From Octopus sinensis (taxonomy: Eukaryota), in NCBI RefSeq assembly GCF_006345805.1, contig NC_043005.1:84878001-84942000 (forward strand): 64,000 nt of DNA, in the 5' to 3' direction. The first letter of the stretch is position 1. The number at the start of each line of letters is the position of its first letter. The notes under the pieces are model-generated. The model made no database searches. It saw only the letters and a program-made list of their open reading frames with translations, and was not told where the DNA came from. The translations under genes were made by a program, and so were the position numbers. Positions 11,832-24,757 of the stretch are shown here, piece after piece.

Positions 11832-13020
11832 GTACAGTGTACATTCACCAGAATATCTACAACATTGCCAAAGCAAACCTACCAATCATTGCTCAAAGTA
11901 ATGAATTAAAAAATATAATCAAGGATCGAGCTATGGTTCTTAGTAAAAGACAGCCTAAAAACTTGAAAAAATTACTAACAAAGGCAAAATTTGACCTTAG
12001 CAACAAAGACCAAACATTCACTGTATCTAAATGCAATGATAGCCGTTGTGGCACATGCCAATTCATACATACGGCCAATATATAAACACAAAACCCGGAA
12101 ATATTCACAAATGCAAATATGAACTGCAAAAGCAGAAATTAATTTACTGCATCAATGCCCAAATTGTGAAGAAGAAATATATGTAGGTCAGACGGGAAAT
12201 GCACTATCAGAACGCTCACGTGTACACGACAACAAGATTAGAGACCCAGAGGTCCGTCAGATACCTTTGAGTAACCACCTAGAAACTTGTGGTCGGAAAA
12301 TATATATTTCCATTCTACAAATTACACAGCCCAAGTGAAATCGAGAGGAAAATCAGAGAAAAGAAGTTTATTGATAAATTCGAACCCAAGCTAAATAAGC
12401 AATAATAATAATACTTCTACTGCTACCACCATGACCACTAACAACAACAACAATACTAAAGGTGATCAAGATGAAGATAGCAGGAAAATTATCTTATTTA
12501 GGGTTAAAAGTTCTATTGCCACCACCATCACCACTAGCAACAATAATTAAGGTGTTGACAATGATGATGATGACAATTGAAATATAAAAATCCCTGACAA
12601 AGGCTATTTACAACATTTTTAAAAATAGCCCAACAATTTCTGCCTTGGCCAGGGTTAAGATACAGGACTCTTGACATGTTCAACAAAGGCGCCTAAACCA
12701 ACCAATCAGCTTAAGTAATTGAGTGATGCTACACACTGATTGGTCAGAATACAGTTTGCAATCTGGAGCCCATACAGGTGTATTTAAGGCACAGATTTAA
12801 CCATCTCACTACAGTCAAAAATTGTGAAGCATGACTGTCACCACTACTACATGAACCTGAAGATTGCAGAATTTAATGCATGAAAGTACTAGTTCAATCA
12901 GAATGAACATTTAACATTCTACTATTTTATTTTATTCTATTATATGATCTTATATTATATCATTATAAGATTGTAAATAAAATGTGAAAATTACACAAGG
13001 TTGGAAATCCTTTTATTAAT
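11832..13020 (+). mobile_element. Penelope-like element 3' fragment: frameshifted linker and GIY-YIG endonuclease, 3'UTR and pLTR-like end
   Basis: Reads SKRQPKNLKKLLTKAKF..CNDSRCGTC, then across frameshifts NCKSRN.LIYCI.CPNCEEEIYVGQTGNALSER..IRDPEVRQIPLSNHLETCG..EKKFIDKFEPKLNKQ* (stop 12403-12405). An HHR follows at 12852. Confidence 0.85.
12852..12896 (+). ncRNA. Minimal Penelope-type hammerhead ribozyme
   Basis: tgaac CTGAAGA t tgca gaatttaa tgca t GAAA gtac TA^ gttca. Stem I is a perfect 5 bp, stem II is 4 bp with a U-U mismatch at 10.1/11.1, and stem III is the palindrome AGUACU. Confidence 0.7.
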
Positions 13021-13059
13021 ATATATATACATATATACATATTATATATATATATATTT

Positions 13060-13298
13060 ATTCTTTTATTCTTTTATTTGTTTGTTATTTGACTGTGACC
13101 ATGCTGGAGTACTGCTTTTAGTCGAACAAATTGACCCCAGGAATTATTCTATGTAAGCCTAGTACTTATTTTATTGGTCTCTTTTGCTGAACCGCTAAGT
13201 TATGGGTACATAGACATGCCACCATCAGTTCTCAAGTGATGGTGAGGAGACGAACATAGATGCACAAACACACACACACACACATACGCACACATACA

Positions 13299-13332
<34 letters not shown>

Positions 13333-13490
13333 AGATGACTTCTTTCAATTTCTGTCTACCAAATGCACTCACAAAGCTTTGATTGGCTTGACACTATAAT
13401 AGAAGAGATTTGCCAAAGGTGCCATGCTGGAGGACTGAACCTAGAACCATGTGGTTGGTAAGCAAGCTACTTACCACACAGCAACTCGTA
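13060..13490 (-). mobile_element. Family-A SINE, full length
   Basis: Reverse-complement match to 7843-8220. Confidence 0.75.
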
Positions 13491-13596
13491 CATATAAATT
13501 TTTTTGATTTTCCTTCTTTTGTTATATATTTTTTACTATATATAGATATAGCTATAAATCATCATCATCATTTAACATCCTTCTTTTGGTGCTGGC

Positions 13597-13633
<37 letters not shown>

Positions 13634-14624
13634 GCATACATACATACACACATACATACCTACACATTAGCCTATCTTAACAATTCTTCACTAACCTTCT
13701 ACTTAATTCTTTTTTCCCACTCGTTGCTCCATCTCAAACAATACTTTTCATCTTTCTGTTCTTATATTTTCCACCACCTTCGCCTCTTCCATTGCATCCC
13801 ACTCTGTCTCTCTCCATCACTGCTGCCTCCCTCCTCTTTTTCTGCATTCGGTACAGCTATTCCACCTTTGTCTTAAATTGTTCTGAAACTCCCCTTTTGC
13901 TCATCGTCCCTATCATCTATTCATTTATACCTTGCACATATATTTTTTTCCCCTATATGCACCATCCTAATCTACACTGTTCCCTTTACGTTTGTCCCCA
14001 TCTCCTACGCCAACCGTTACAAAGCAATATTTCCCCCAAAAACAGTTGTGTTGTTATAGTCTTATAATATAAACTTATCTATTTAACAGAATCCCAAAAT
14101 TTTGCCATCTCCTCTGCTTTCCTTTAATCTTACTTTCTATGTGTGAACGCACACAGGCACGTCTCTGTGTGTGTGTTTTCTTGCGTGTATACACATACTT
14201 ATATACCTACGTTTGTGTATGCAGATATACATACATACACACATTTATATATACATATACATACATACATACATACATACATACATACATAATACATAAT
14301 ACATACATAAATACATACATACATACATACATATATACCTACATACATACATACATACATACATAATACATACATATATACATATATACCTACATACATA
14401 CAAACTACATACATAAATATATATAATATATATATGTATATATATATATATATATATATACATATATATATACATATATATATATATATAGGTTTGATTA
14501 TGGTCTACACACACATATATGTATTTTTCATACTCTGAAAAGCCATATATGTATGTATGTAATAGTGTGTGTGTGGATGTGTATGTATATATATATATAG
14601 ATGTATGTAATTTATATATATATA

Positions 14625-14657
<33 letters not shown>

Positions 14658-14989
14658 GCTTCGTTTTTGTATCTGTGTGTGTGTCTTTGTATATATATAT
14701 ATATAATATATATATATATATATCCATATATATGACTTCTTTTTCCACCTTTTACTCTACACCCCTAAAGTGAATTGATCCAGGAGAAGAGATGGAGAAT
14801 AACAAAAACATAATTAAAAGATATAATAGAATATAAAAAAATTTGTAAGATGTAGAAAAATAAAAATAAATTTTATCTCCTGACAAGAATACACACGTAC
14901 GATATAACACACACACCACACACAAACACACACACACACACACATATTAAACACATATTTACACAAAACATATATATCTAAATATTTAT

Positions 14990-14998
14990 ATATACATG

Positions 14999-15045
<47 letters not shown>

Positions 15046-15060
15046 GTATATATGTATATA

Positions 15061-15092
<32 letters not shown>

Positions 15093-15128
15093 TATATATG
15101 TATCTATATATAAATGTATATATGTATG

Positions 15129-15160
<32 letters not shown>

Positions 15161-15210
15161 TGTATGTATGTATGTATGTATATGTATGTATGTATGTATG
15201 TATGTTTATG
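14990..15210. repeat. (TA)n/(TATG)n microsatellite
   Basis: Seen directly. Confidence 0.95.
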
Positions 15211-15713
15211 TCTATAGTTAAGAATATAAACCAGAATATGGAAGAAAAAGGAAAATAACATTTTTTTTTTCTTGAAACCTGAAGATCAAAGGTGTCTCTC
15301 TGATATATGTGATTCCTCTGAAGTCATTCTCCACCTTCATTCCTCTCGTTCACTTTTAAAAGGAACTTCACTTTATCTCCAACCAAAATCTAAATTGTTC
15401 CATCTATTGCTTTTCTCTTCAACTTATTTAAGAACCTGGCATTTTTCTTTAACCGATTGATATCTGTATTAGCAATTCTTCGGCCAATAGCATTCCACTT
15501 ATATATTTAGTTTCCAATATCTCTTTTAATTTGCCATCTGCTTTGGTTGTGCATTGATTTTTTGAGATATTCTTTCCTTCTTTCTTTCTTCCTTTCTTCT
15601 TTTCTATCCTTTTTTTTTGTTTTTATTTTGTTTTCCTTCCTGTTTTGTTTTTCAAAACCAAGTAATTCCTCAATCGCTCTTTCACACTACTTTATAATTT
15701 TCCCCCTCTTGCA

Positions 15714-15800
<87 letters not shown>

Positions 15801-15828
15801 ATATATATCTATATATACACACATAGAC

Positions 15829-15861
<33 letters not shown>

Positions 15862-15952
15862 CACACACACACACACATATATATATATACACACATATAA
15901 TATATATAATAATACATCTATATATATATATATATTCTATATATCTATTATC

Positions 15953-15983
<31 letters not shown>

Positions 15984-16704
15984 TATATATATACAATATA
16001 TATACTTATGCATACCTGCATATAAATATATATCTTTGGTATTTGCTGTTATTTTCCGTATTCAAATTCTTCCTTCTAACAACTGCTTCTTACTTTTAAT
16101 GCTTACTTTCCTAATGCCATTGCTTTTTGCTTTTTTGTTTTTTTGAGTGGGGGTGGGGTGTTCCACTTTATTCCCCACTTCACTGCTGCAGCTAACACCA
16201 CCACCACCACCACCACCATCACCACCATCACCACCATTACCAATGTTGTTTTTTGTTGGTTGGTAGATTTTGAAGTTCTACCTGTGTACATACTTCTAAA
16301 AATCTTCATTGCCAACCGAAGTCTCCAAGAGAATTGGCAGGGCTGCTTTGCATACAATTGAGGAATTCCGTAGCATGTAGTGAGCATTGTATAAAGTATA
16401 ACATATAATCCTTCCATGACCACCCAAACCAAAAGTCAGCCACTTTATATATGTGTACTTTATCTTTTACTTGTTTCAGTCATTAGACTGTGGCCATGCT
16501 GGGGCATTACTTTGAAGGATTTTAGTCAGACAAATCGACTCCAGGACTTAGTTTTCCTGTAAAATTTGGTCCTTATTCTACAAGTTTCTTTTGCTGAACC
16601 ATTGAGGCATGGAAGGATGTACATACACTAGCATCAGTTGTCAAGCATTGATGGGATACACACACACACGCATACACACACACGCAAACACACACACACA
16701 TATA

Positions 16705-16880
16705 TTTATATGCACAGATCACTAGCCACTAAACTGTTTTTTATTTTCTCTCTCTGTTTATTTCTGTGCTCCTTTCTGCCGAAGAGCATAGGCTCGAAAC
16801 ATAAAAGACTGTCTCACTTCCTAAGTATTAAACAAATACATCTGTTAGCTGTTTACACATCTATCTTCGGCTTTTGTTTT
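16705..16880 (+). mobile_element. Penelope-type terminal fragment with a variant HHR, nested in a family-A SINE
   Basis: cttt CTGCCGA a gagc atag gctc GAAA c ata aaag at 16772-16807. An opposite-orientation piece of the same tail lies at ~26303-26398. Confidence 0.5.
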
Positions 16881-16936
16881 TTGGTAAATTCTCACTATAC
16901 ACACACACCCACACACAAACACACTCACACAAACAC

Positions 16937-16967
<31 letters not shown>

Positions 16968-17608
16968 TGCACATATACGATGGGCTTCTTTCAGCTTCTG
17001 TCTGCCAAATCCACTCACAAGGCTTTGGTCAGCCCGAGGCTATAGTAGAAGACACTTGCCCAAGGTGCCATGCAGTGGGACTGAACCTGGAACCACGTAG
17101 TTGGGAAATAAACTTCCCTGGCAGGAAAGAGAGAAAGGAGAGGCAGTGGGGGATACCCTGAGGGTGCAAGGTGAATACAAGTCAGTGAACAGGGAGAGAG
17201 GAACAGAAATATTTAGAAGGATTTTAAGTTTGGGAGTGTGGTAAAGGAGACTGACAGATGATCAGAGATGCGGATGAAGGTGGACAGAGTATACAGGGCT
17301 CGGGTGGGGGGCGGCATGGACAATGTTTTATATTGAGTTTGGTAGGGGAAGGGAGTGAAAAAAATGGGAGTGAGTCCGGGAGGAGGAGGTAGTTATAAGA
17401 GACAGTAATAGGGAGCTGACACTTGTGAGCCTCAATGAAATTACTCAATCTACATGAAAGAGCAGTCAAATCCACATCATAAAACAAATAGATAAAAATA
17501 ATGCTTGCAACACAGATAATGGTTTCAAATTTTGGCACAAGGCCAGCAATTTTTGGGGAGGGCGTAAGTCAATTACATCACCCCACCGTGTTCAACTCGT
17601 ACTTATTG

Positions 17609-17794
17609 ACATTATTTACATTATTTACATTTGACAGATATTTCAGCCTCCATAAGGTGTCTTAGGGAAATTTATACGTCCAAAAATTCACTCCATAATT
17701 GCCCATGGGTATATGGCGTAGTGGTTAAGAGTGTGGGCTACTAACCCCAAGATTCCGAGTTTGATTCCGAGCAGTGACCTGAATAATAATAATG

Positions 17795-17852
<58 letters not shown>

Positions 17853-18022
17853 CAACATTGAAAAATACCTTAGGAATGAGAACCCAGGTTTGAAATTTCC
17901 CCAAGACACCTGATGTAGGCTGGAGGGTATATCAGCCGAAATGTGTTAAAAACAAACAAGATGAGGACAAATATCCGTCAAATATAAATAATCTACATAA
18001 GATAATAATGATGATGATGATG

Positions 18023-18059
<37 letters not shown>

Positions 18060-18229
18060 CAACATTGAAAAATACCTTAGGAATGAGAACCCAGGTTTGA
18101 AATTTCCCCAAGACACCTGATGTAGGCTGGAGGGTATATCAGCCGAAATGTGTTAAAAACAAACAAGATGAGGACAAATATCCGTCAAATATAAATAATC
18201 TACATAAGATAATAATGATGATGATGATG

Positions 18230-18280
<51 letters not shown>

Positions 18281-18430
18281 TTGAAAAATACCTTAGGAAT
18301 GAGAACCCAGGTTTGATATTTCCCCAAGACACCTGGTGAAGGCTGGAGGGTATATCAGCCGAAACGTGTTAAAAACAAACAAGATGAGGACAAATATCCG
18401 TCAAATGTACATAATTCCTCATCTCTTAAA
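17609..18430 (+). mobile_element. tRNA-headed HHR element, copy 1: inverted partial tail, head and three tandem HHR-tail units
   Basis: Inverted tail 17609-17673, gcccatgggt at 17701, A-box TGGCGTAGTGG 17714-17724, and HHR cores at 17910, 18117 and 18333 (all mutated). Confidence 0.8.
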
Positions 18431-19177
18431 TATAGAACTTATTGATGTTGAAAGGATGAGAGGTAAAAACCAATGTAAAAACGGCTGAAATGCCATTAAC
18501 CATTTTGTACAGCATCCTAACAATTCTGCCAGCCCGCAACCTTAAAGGTGGCATGCAACATATATATTAGGGTTGTCACTGCAAAAATGCCTTTGACTGT
18601 ACGTATGCTTAATCAGGGCCAAGTTGGAGATAAGTAACAACAACAATGGTGACAACAGCAACCAGGAATGATAAGAACAAGAACAGCATTCATGAAATAT
18701 AGATTCCTGCATGACAAATTGCAAAACCTTTAGCAATCTCTCTATGGTGAATGGTTGTTTTTCCATCAGGTTGGTGCTCACGTAATTGATCCACTTGCCT
18801 GATTAAATTTTCTTTCAAGATGTATGGAGTCTGTCCAGAATCGAATATATATACAGGCATCTAATTTGTGTAATTGCATCGAATGCATATGGTGCGAAAG
18901 GATTATTTTCACAAATGTATTCATAAGCTTCGTAACACCAATTGCAACTGACAGTGACGCAGGCAGGTCAAAGAGATGGAGTGAGATCCATGATAAAAAT
19001 CTAATGAGCCATTATCAAAGGATGGATGTGTATGTGTGTGTGAGGTGTGTGTGTGCTTAAGTGTGTGTGTGTGCATATATGGTTACACATAAAAATATAT
19101 ATATGTGCGTGTATGTATATATGTATATATATATAATCATGTTTATGTACATTTATGTATGTGTATGTGTGTGTGTA

Positions 19178-19249
<72 letters not shown>

Positions 19250-19408
19250 ACACAGACACACATATACATCTGTGTGTGTAGATGTGTGTGTGTGCATGTA
19301 TTGTTCATAACTATTTCAATGGATTCATCCTTTTGTCTCTCTCTGTATATATTATATATATATATATATATGTATATATATACGTATATATATATGTATC
19401 TATATGCA

Positions 19409-19455
<47 letters not shown>

Positions 19456-19463
19456 TGTATGTA

Positions 19464-19496
<33 letters not shown>

Positions 19497-19537
19497 GGAT
19501 ATAGATATAAATAGATATAGATATAAATAGATATAGA

Positions 19538-19605
<68 letters not shown>

Positions 19606-20199
19606 CATACATGTACATATATATACATACATGTACATATATATACACATTTATATATATTTGTATATATATGTGTGTGTGTGTGTGTGTATATGTACAC
19701 ACACACACATATATAGTCATTCTGAGTGAGGAAGAAACCGTGCTAACCCTTTTAGTGTGTTTGAGTGTGTGTTTGCATTCATACGTGTGTAGTTTTGTAC
19801 TTGCATAAACTTGTGTCTATATGTACGTGTGACAGTTGAATCTTTATTCTGCTATCTTACTGCCAGTATTATTCATTAGTCACACCATTCACTGTAATAA
19901 TGTAGATGCTACATAACACAATTGCACAGAAATATTTCCAAGAATTCGGTTGTTTTCTTCCTTGGTATTCAACTTCAAATTTCATATCAAGCTTAAAATT
20001 ATTAATCTCTTCCTCTCTATATCATCATCTCTCTCCCTCTATTTTACACTCTCTTTGTTTCTAACTCACAGCCTCTTTTCATCTTTTTGTTCTCTTCTAT
20101 TGTTTTCCTATTACCAAACCATATTTATTTTGTTCAATATCTTTCTCTTAGAATTACTGCCATCGGAGGAGATTTGACTGTTAGATTTGTGGGTGCAGC

Positions 20200-21110
20200 A
20201 GCCTTAGAAATTTCCTGTTGTTACTGGTCCTACTTTTCTCTGCCTTGTCTTAGGGACTGAAACCCTTTGAATGCTTCTTCCCACGTGTGTAGCTGCTTGG
20301 TTTTCTGCCCTTTACCATCCCATGACTTTACTTTGTGCACACTTTTGGGGCACAGGCCTGGAATTTCTTGTTAATCTATGCAGACCCCAGGCTTCTCAGA
20401 TTACTTTTGGCTGCTTGCTTCTTGCCTTTATTGTATCTTAAAGGTGAGGACCATCCAAGAGTGACCATCATAACCAATATCCTTTAAAAATAACTCTTGT
20501 GCAGCCCTACATCATATCATGGTCTGGACTTTTGGTCTAGTATGAAATGTGTACCTTGATCTATTTTCTTTGTCTTGTCCTTCATTCAGAACATCATACA
20601 GATGCCTCCATATTCTCCTCCACAGAACGGATGTTACTCAACATGCTGGCCAGGTCTTCTTAGATTTACACTTTCACGGTAAAATAGAGATATTCTTGTG
20701 TCTTTTGAGATACAGAGATGCTGTTTCCTTTTCTCCTGCTGTTTGATAAGAGACAGCGGCACAGATGTATCTACCCCTGTCACGCATCTCTGCTGATCAA
20801 ACTTTCTTCATTAGATAATTCATAAAGCATCCATTTGTTTGAAGCAGTTTCAGTAGAACAAAGAATGCTGGAAATATTTTCCTTTTTACTCAATAAATTC
20901 TTTGTTATGGCTGAAGTTGTTTTCTGAGTTTTGAAAATTATGTTATTCTCTGTTTGGAAATAATTATTTATTGTTGCAAAATAAATGTGTTCCGTTGAGG
21001 AATTAGAATTGTTCCATGTAATATTTCTGTTTTTCTATCTGCCATCTGTAAAAATTGCGTTAATTTTCTTTCAAAAGTTTATATGGAGGAGTATTTATAA
21101 ACACAGCAGC
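20200..21110 (-). pseudogene. Possible heavily decayed transposon ORF, family unresolved
   Basis: Non-repetitive sequence. The minus strand starts MAAVFINTPPYKLLKEN* and continues as protein-like segments broken by stops. No diagnostic motif was recognised. Confidence 0.2.
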
Positions 21111-21659
21111 CATTTTGTTTGTTTAAGAAAGTAAGATATTTTGTTAACAAATTAAAGGAATTTTGTTTTCATTTATTTATGCCAAACATTTGAGAATTGA
21201 TAATGCAAACAACCACACTCCTACATCTCCATTTAGAAATTCCACTTTAAAAAAGGTATTTTTGCTCATAATGTCTGTATTGTTAATAATCTATGACATG
21301 GGAGGACCAGTCGAAACTCCGACTATTGTATGATGTGATAACAAAGTCAATGATGATGATGATGATGATGATGATGATAACAGCAGCAACAACAACAATA
21401 AGTTCTAATTTTGGCACAAGGCCAGCAATTTTAGGAGGGAGAGGTGGTGAAGGCACACCCTCAAGGTACAAAGTAAATTGGGGAAAGGTATAAAGAAAAA
21501 GACATTGTGGGTAGATAAGTTCGCAAGAGTGTGAAAGGAAGGTAAAAAAGAGATTAAAGATGGGGACAGAGGTGGACACAGTGAATGGGGGGGGGGACAG
21601 TGGAGGAGTGGTCAATGGTGAGAATCAGTTTGTGGAAGGAGAAAAAAAGGGTCCAAAGA

Positions 21660-21900
21660 TGGCATCATTTGGGTGTTAGGAAGCTTTGGCAGTGTTTCTT
21701 TCACATTGACAGTAGTAACATAAGATAAAAGTGAAAAAGTTCTTTAAATGCATCAGGGGTCAAATAATTCTGTAGCAAGAAATAAAAGTGGAGACTAGAA
21801 AGATTATCCTCATCTTTATAAGGAGAGAATTTTCCAAAGAAACTCTCTTGCTCTCTTTTTCTCTTTATGGGCTCTGATACAATTGTTATGGCAGGATAAT
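21660..21900 (-). mobile_element. Possible hAT transposase C-terminal remnant
   Basis: Minus-strand VTTVNVKETLPKL weakly resembles the hAT dimerisation motif (VTTASAERSFSKL). Confidence 0.2.
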
Positions 21901-22809
21901 AAACAATCTTTTATAAGTAGAAGAATCTAAACTGTACATTAAAGATAAACAGTTACATACAGTAGATGGATTTACTAGAGGAACTATTATGAAATTTGGA
22001 TTAGAACAACTGCACCAGTACAATGATGAACGAAGGGAAAACTAATTGAAAAAACTAATATTCTGTTGGATAAATAAACAGGAATAATAGAATTGTTATC
22101 TAATAGAATTAGATAACTGTACACAGAATTACAATTATTTAAGAAACAATGAACTAGAAAAAGAGATAAGTGCAACACAAAAGTGAAAAGAAATTTAGAA
22201 AGTTACATGACAGATATGTTGGATTAAAATGGGAAACAAAACTAAATGCAAAAGATATGAAAATGGAAGCAATAGTCTCGATGTCCTTGTAATAAGTTAT
22301 AATTTTCTCAACTAATCTGAACAAATTAGCAAGATTACACAAATAAAACAAGGAAAATTATGACTCTATGTATTCATCATCATCATTTAATGTCCGCTTT
22401 CCATGCTAGCATGGGTTGGACGAATGACTGAGGGCTGGTGAACCAGATGGCTGCACCAGGCTTCAATCTTCATCTGGTACATACATATATATATATATAT
22501 ATATATGTACATATATACGACGGGCTTTTTTCAGTTTCCATCTACTAAATCCACTCACGAGGCTTTGGTCGGCCTGAAGCTAGAGTAGAAGACACTTACC
22601 CAAGGTACCATGCAGTGGGACTGAACCCAGAACTATGTGGTTTGTAAGCAAGCTACTTTTCACACAGCCACTCCGCTTATTTTTTTTTTCTTGACGAGGG
22701 AACGGAAAGCAGCGTGGTGACAGCTGTGTGAAGGCGGCAGCCACCGCAGGGCTCCGGGCAGTGTTGGCAGCCATTGGCGCTGCTGTGCGGCCGAAGCCGG
22801 AGACATACA

Positions 22810-23440
22810 CCTGCTGGCTCCTACTCCGTGGAAAATATAAAGAAACCATCAACTATATTGTCACTGGACATCTGGAACTACCAAAGACCAAATTTATCCA
22901 CAAGCATAACAAGGCAGCAGCATATTTTCATTAGAACATATCAAAGAGTTATAAAATGAAGACAGCCATGAAATGATGTGAACATTGTCATTGACATCAA
23001 GGTTGTCACCATTCTCTGGGATATGACCAACCACACTGACAAAGCAACAAAAAACACAAGCCTGGTATTTTTATGTAGTACAGGAGGTGTATACTTTTTG
23101 ATACAGCTATACTTTCTGTAAAAACCATCTCCAAGTCACAGAGAAACCATACAAGTACAAAGATTGGTTCTGTGTAATACCAAGAGAAAAAACGTAATAT
23201 AAATCACACATGTTCAAAAATCTTAGAATTACACATTGACAGTATTCTGGGATAAGCTGTTTCACACTGACAAACAGATCAGTAATAATTGCCAAGACAT
23301 TGTTATCAAGAATCATTTCCTGCAAATGATAAAGTTCTCTCTAAATGAAATTAAAGAAACTACCCAAAGAAAATATCTGGAAATCTATATAACCAGAATA
23401 TGGAAATTGGAAAATGATGCCTTCACAATAATAGGTATAC
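22810..23440 (+). mobile_element. Two decayed RLE-type (R4-like) non-LTR fragments
   Basis: First fragment KYKETINYIVTGHLELPKTKFIHKHNKAAAYFH resembles ETI.H+VSGC..LAK.EY..RH. Second fragment reads TVFWDKLFHTDKQISNNCQDIVIK..KYLEIYITRIWKL. Confidence 0.6.
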
Positions 23441-23659
23441 CATTAATGTTTAGAAAACAATTCTTTTATTTGTCTCATTTATTTGACTGTGGCCATGCAG
23501 GAGCACCACTTTTAGTCAAACAAATCGACCCCAGTACTTATTCTCTGTAAACCTAATGCTTATTCTATCAGTCTCTTTTACTGAGCCACTAAGTTACAGG
23601 GACATAAACTCACTGATATTGGTTGTCAAGCGATGGTGGTGGGAACAAACACATACAAG

Positions 23660-23691
<32 letters not shown>

Positions 23692-24057
23692 TGATGAGTT
23701 TCTTTCAGTTTCCATCTACCAAATCCACTCACAAGGCTTTGGTTGGCCCCGAGGGTATAGAAGAAAACACTTGCCCAAGGTGCCAGGTAGTGGGACTGAA
23801 CCCGGAACCATGTGGTTGGTAAGCAAGCTACATACCACACAGCTTCTCCTGCTAATAAATACATAAGGAAAGCACCAAAATTATAAAATATACACAACTA
23901 ACATTGTGTATATTTACATATACTATAAATATACACAACTAGGTCCTGCATATACACAAACACACACACACTTATCAATAAAATAAGATAACATATTAAA
24001 TAGATTATAATATAGGTGTCTCATTAGCAATTAAAGCCTAAAGGCAAGGTAATAAAC

Positions 24058-24199
24058 AAGGGTACAAATAGTACCAGCATTGCTAGAAATAACAGTTAAA
24101 AATGACTCGAATAGCCACACAAAACACTAACCTTGTTAGCATGTTGTGTGGCTATTCGAGTTAGTTTTGACTCTTATTTCTAGCAATTTCGGTACCCTT
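24058..24199. repeat. Fold-back (inverted-repeat) element
   Basis: 24080-24122 and 24144-24186 are reverse complements at 39/43. Outer aagggtac/gtaccctt and inner ctaac/gttag also pair. Confidence 0.8.
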
Positions 24200-24200
24200 A

Positions 24201-24514
24201 TATCACTGTGATCACCGTGACTGATCAGGCTATCAGATGTTGTTACACATCGCTGGTCACAATGCGCTTCGCATTGTTTTAGCCTTCAAATGAGACCACC
24301 CTGCTGGTTAAGTGAGCAGGCCAACAGAAGAAAGAGTGAGAGAAAGTTGTGGTGAAAGAGTACAGCAGGGATCGCCACAACCCCCTGCTGGAACCTCATG
24401 GAGCTTTAGGTGTTTTCACTCAATAAACACTCACAATGCCTGGTCTGGGAATCGAAACCGCGATCCTACAACCGCGAGTCCGCTGCCCTAACCACTGGGC
24501 CATTGCACCTCCAC
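24201..24514 (-). mobile_element. Family-E SINE with an alternative 3' tail
   Basis: Head and body match 9290-9466. The tail matches the free piece at ~8714-8825. Confidence 0.8.
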
Positions 24515-24757
24515 ACCCTATATATATATATATAATAAAACAAACGAAGGAAAAAACAATTTCTTGAAACGGCTGTAAAACATCCCCTTCACTGGTGCAG
24601 CAGTTGAATACCACAGAAAGAAAAAGGGTAGAAATACAAAATAGAAATATTAAGTGAAATAGAGAAATACAATGGACAAACTAACAATTTATTTACATTA
24701 TAAGATAATTTAATATACTATAAAAAATATAATATAATATAATGTTTTTGTATGTAG

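Noticed and set aside
17701-17780. tRNA heads as genuine tRNA genes (also 9400-9466, 7760-7829, 50407-50480)
   Set aside because: The acceptor stems are incomplete, the anticodon stems imperfect, and each is fused to a repeated body, so they are SINE heads. The parent tRNA could not be assigned.
18700-18960. Unique sequence with an open minus-strand frame (MPVYIFDSGQTPYILKENLIRQVDQLREHQPDGK)
   Set aside because: Short, with poor splice signals and no recognisable family.
22733-22800. HDV-like ribozyme in the GC-rich island (gcggcag pairs with ctgctgt, G-U at the first position)
   Set aside because: No P3/L3 consensus, P1.1 or P2 pairing could be built.
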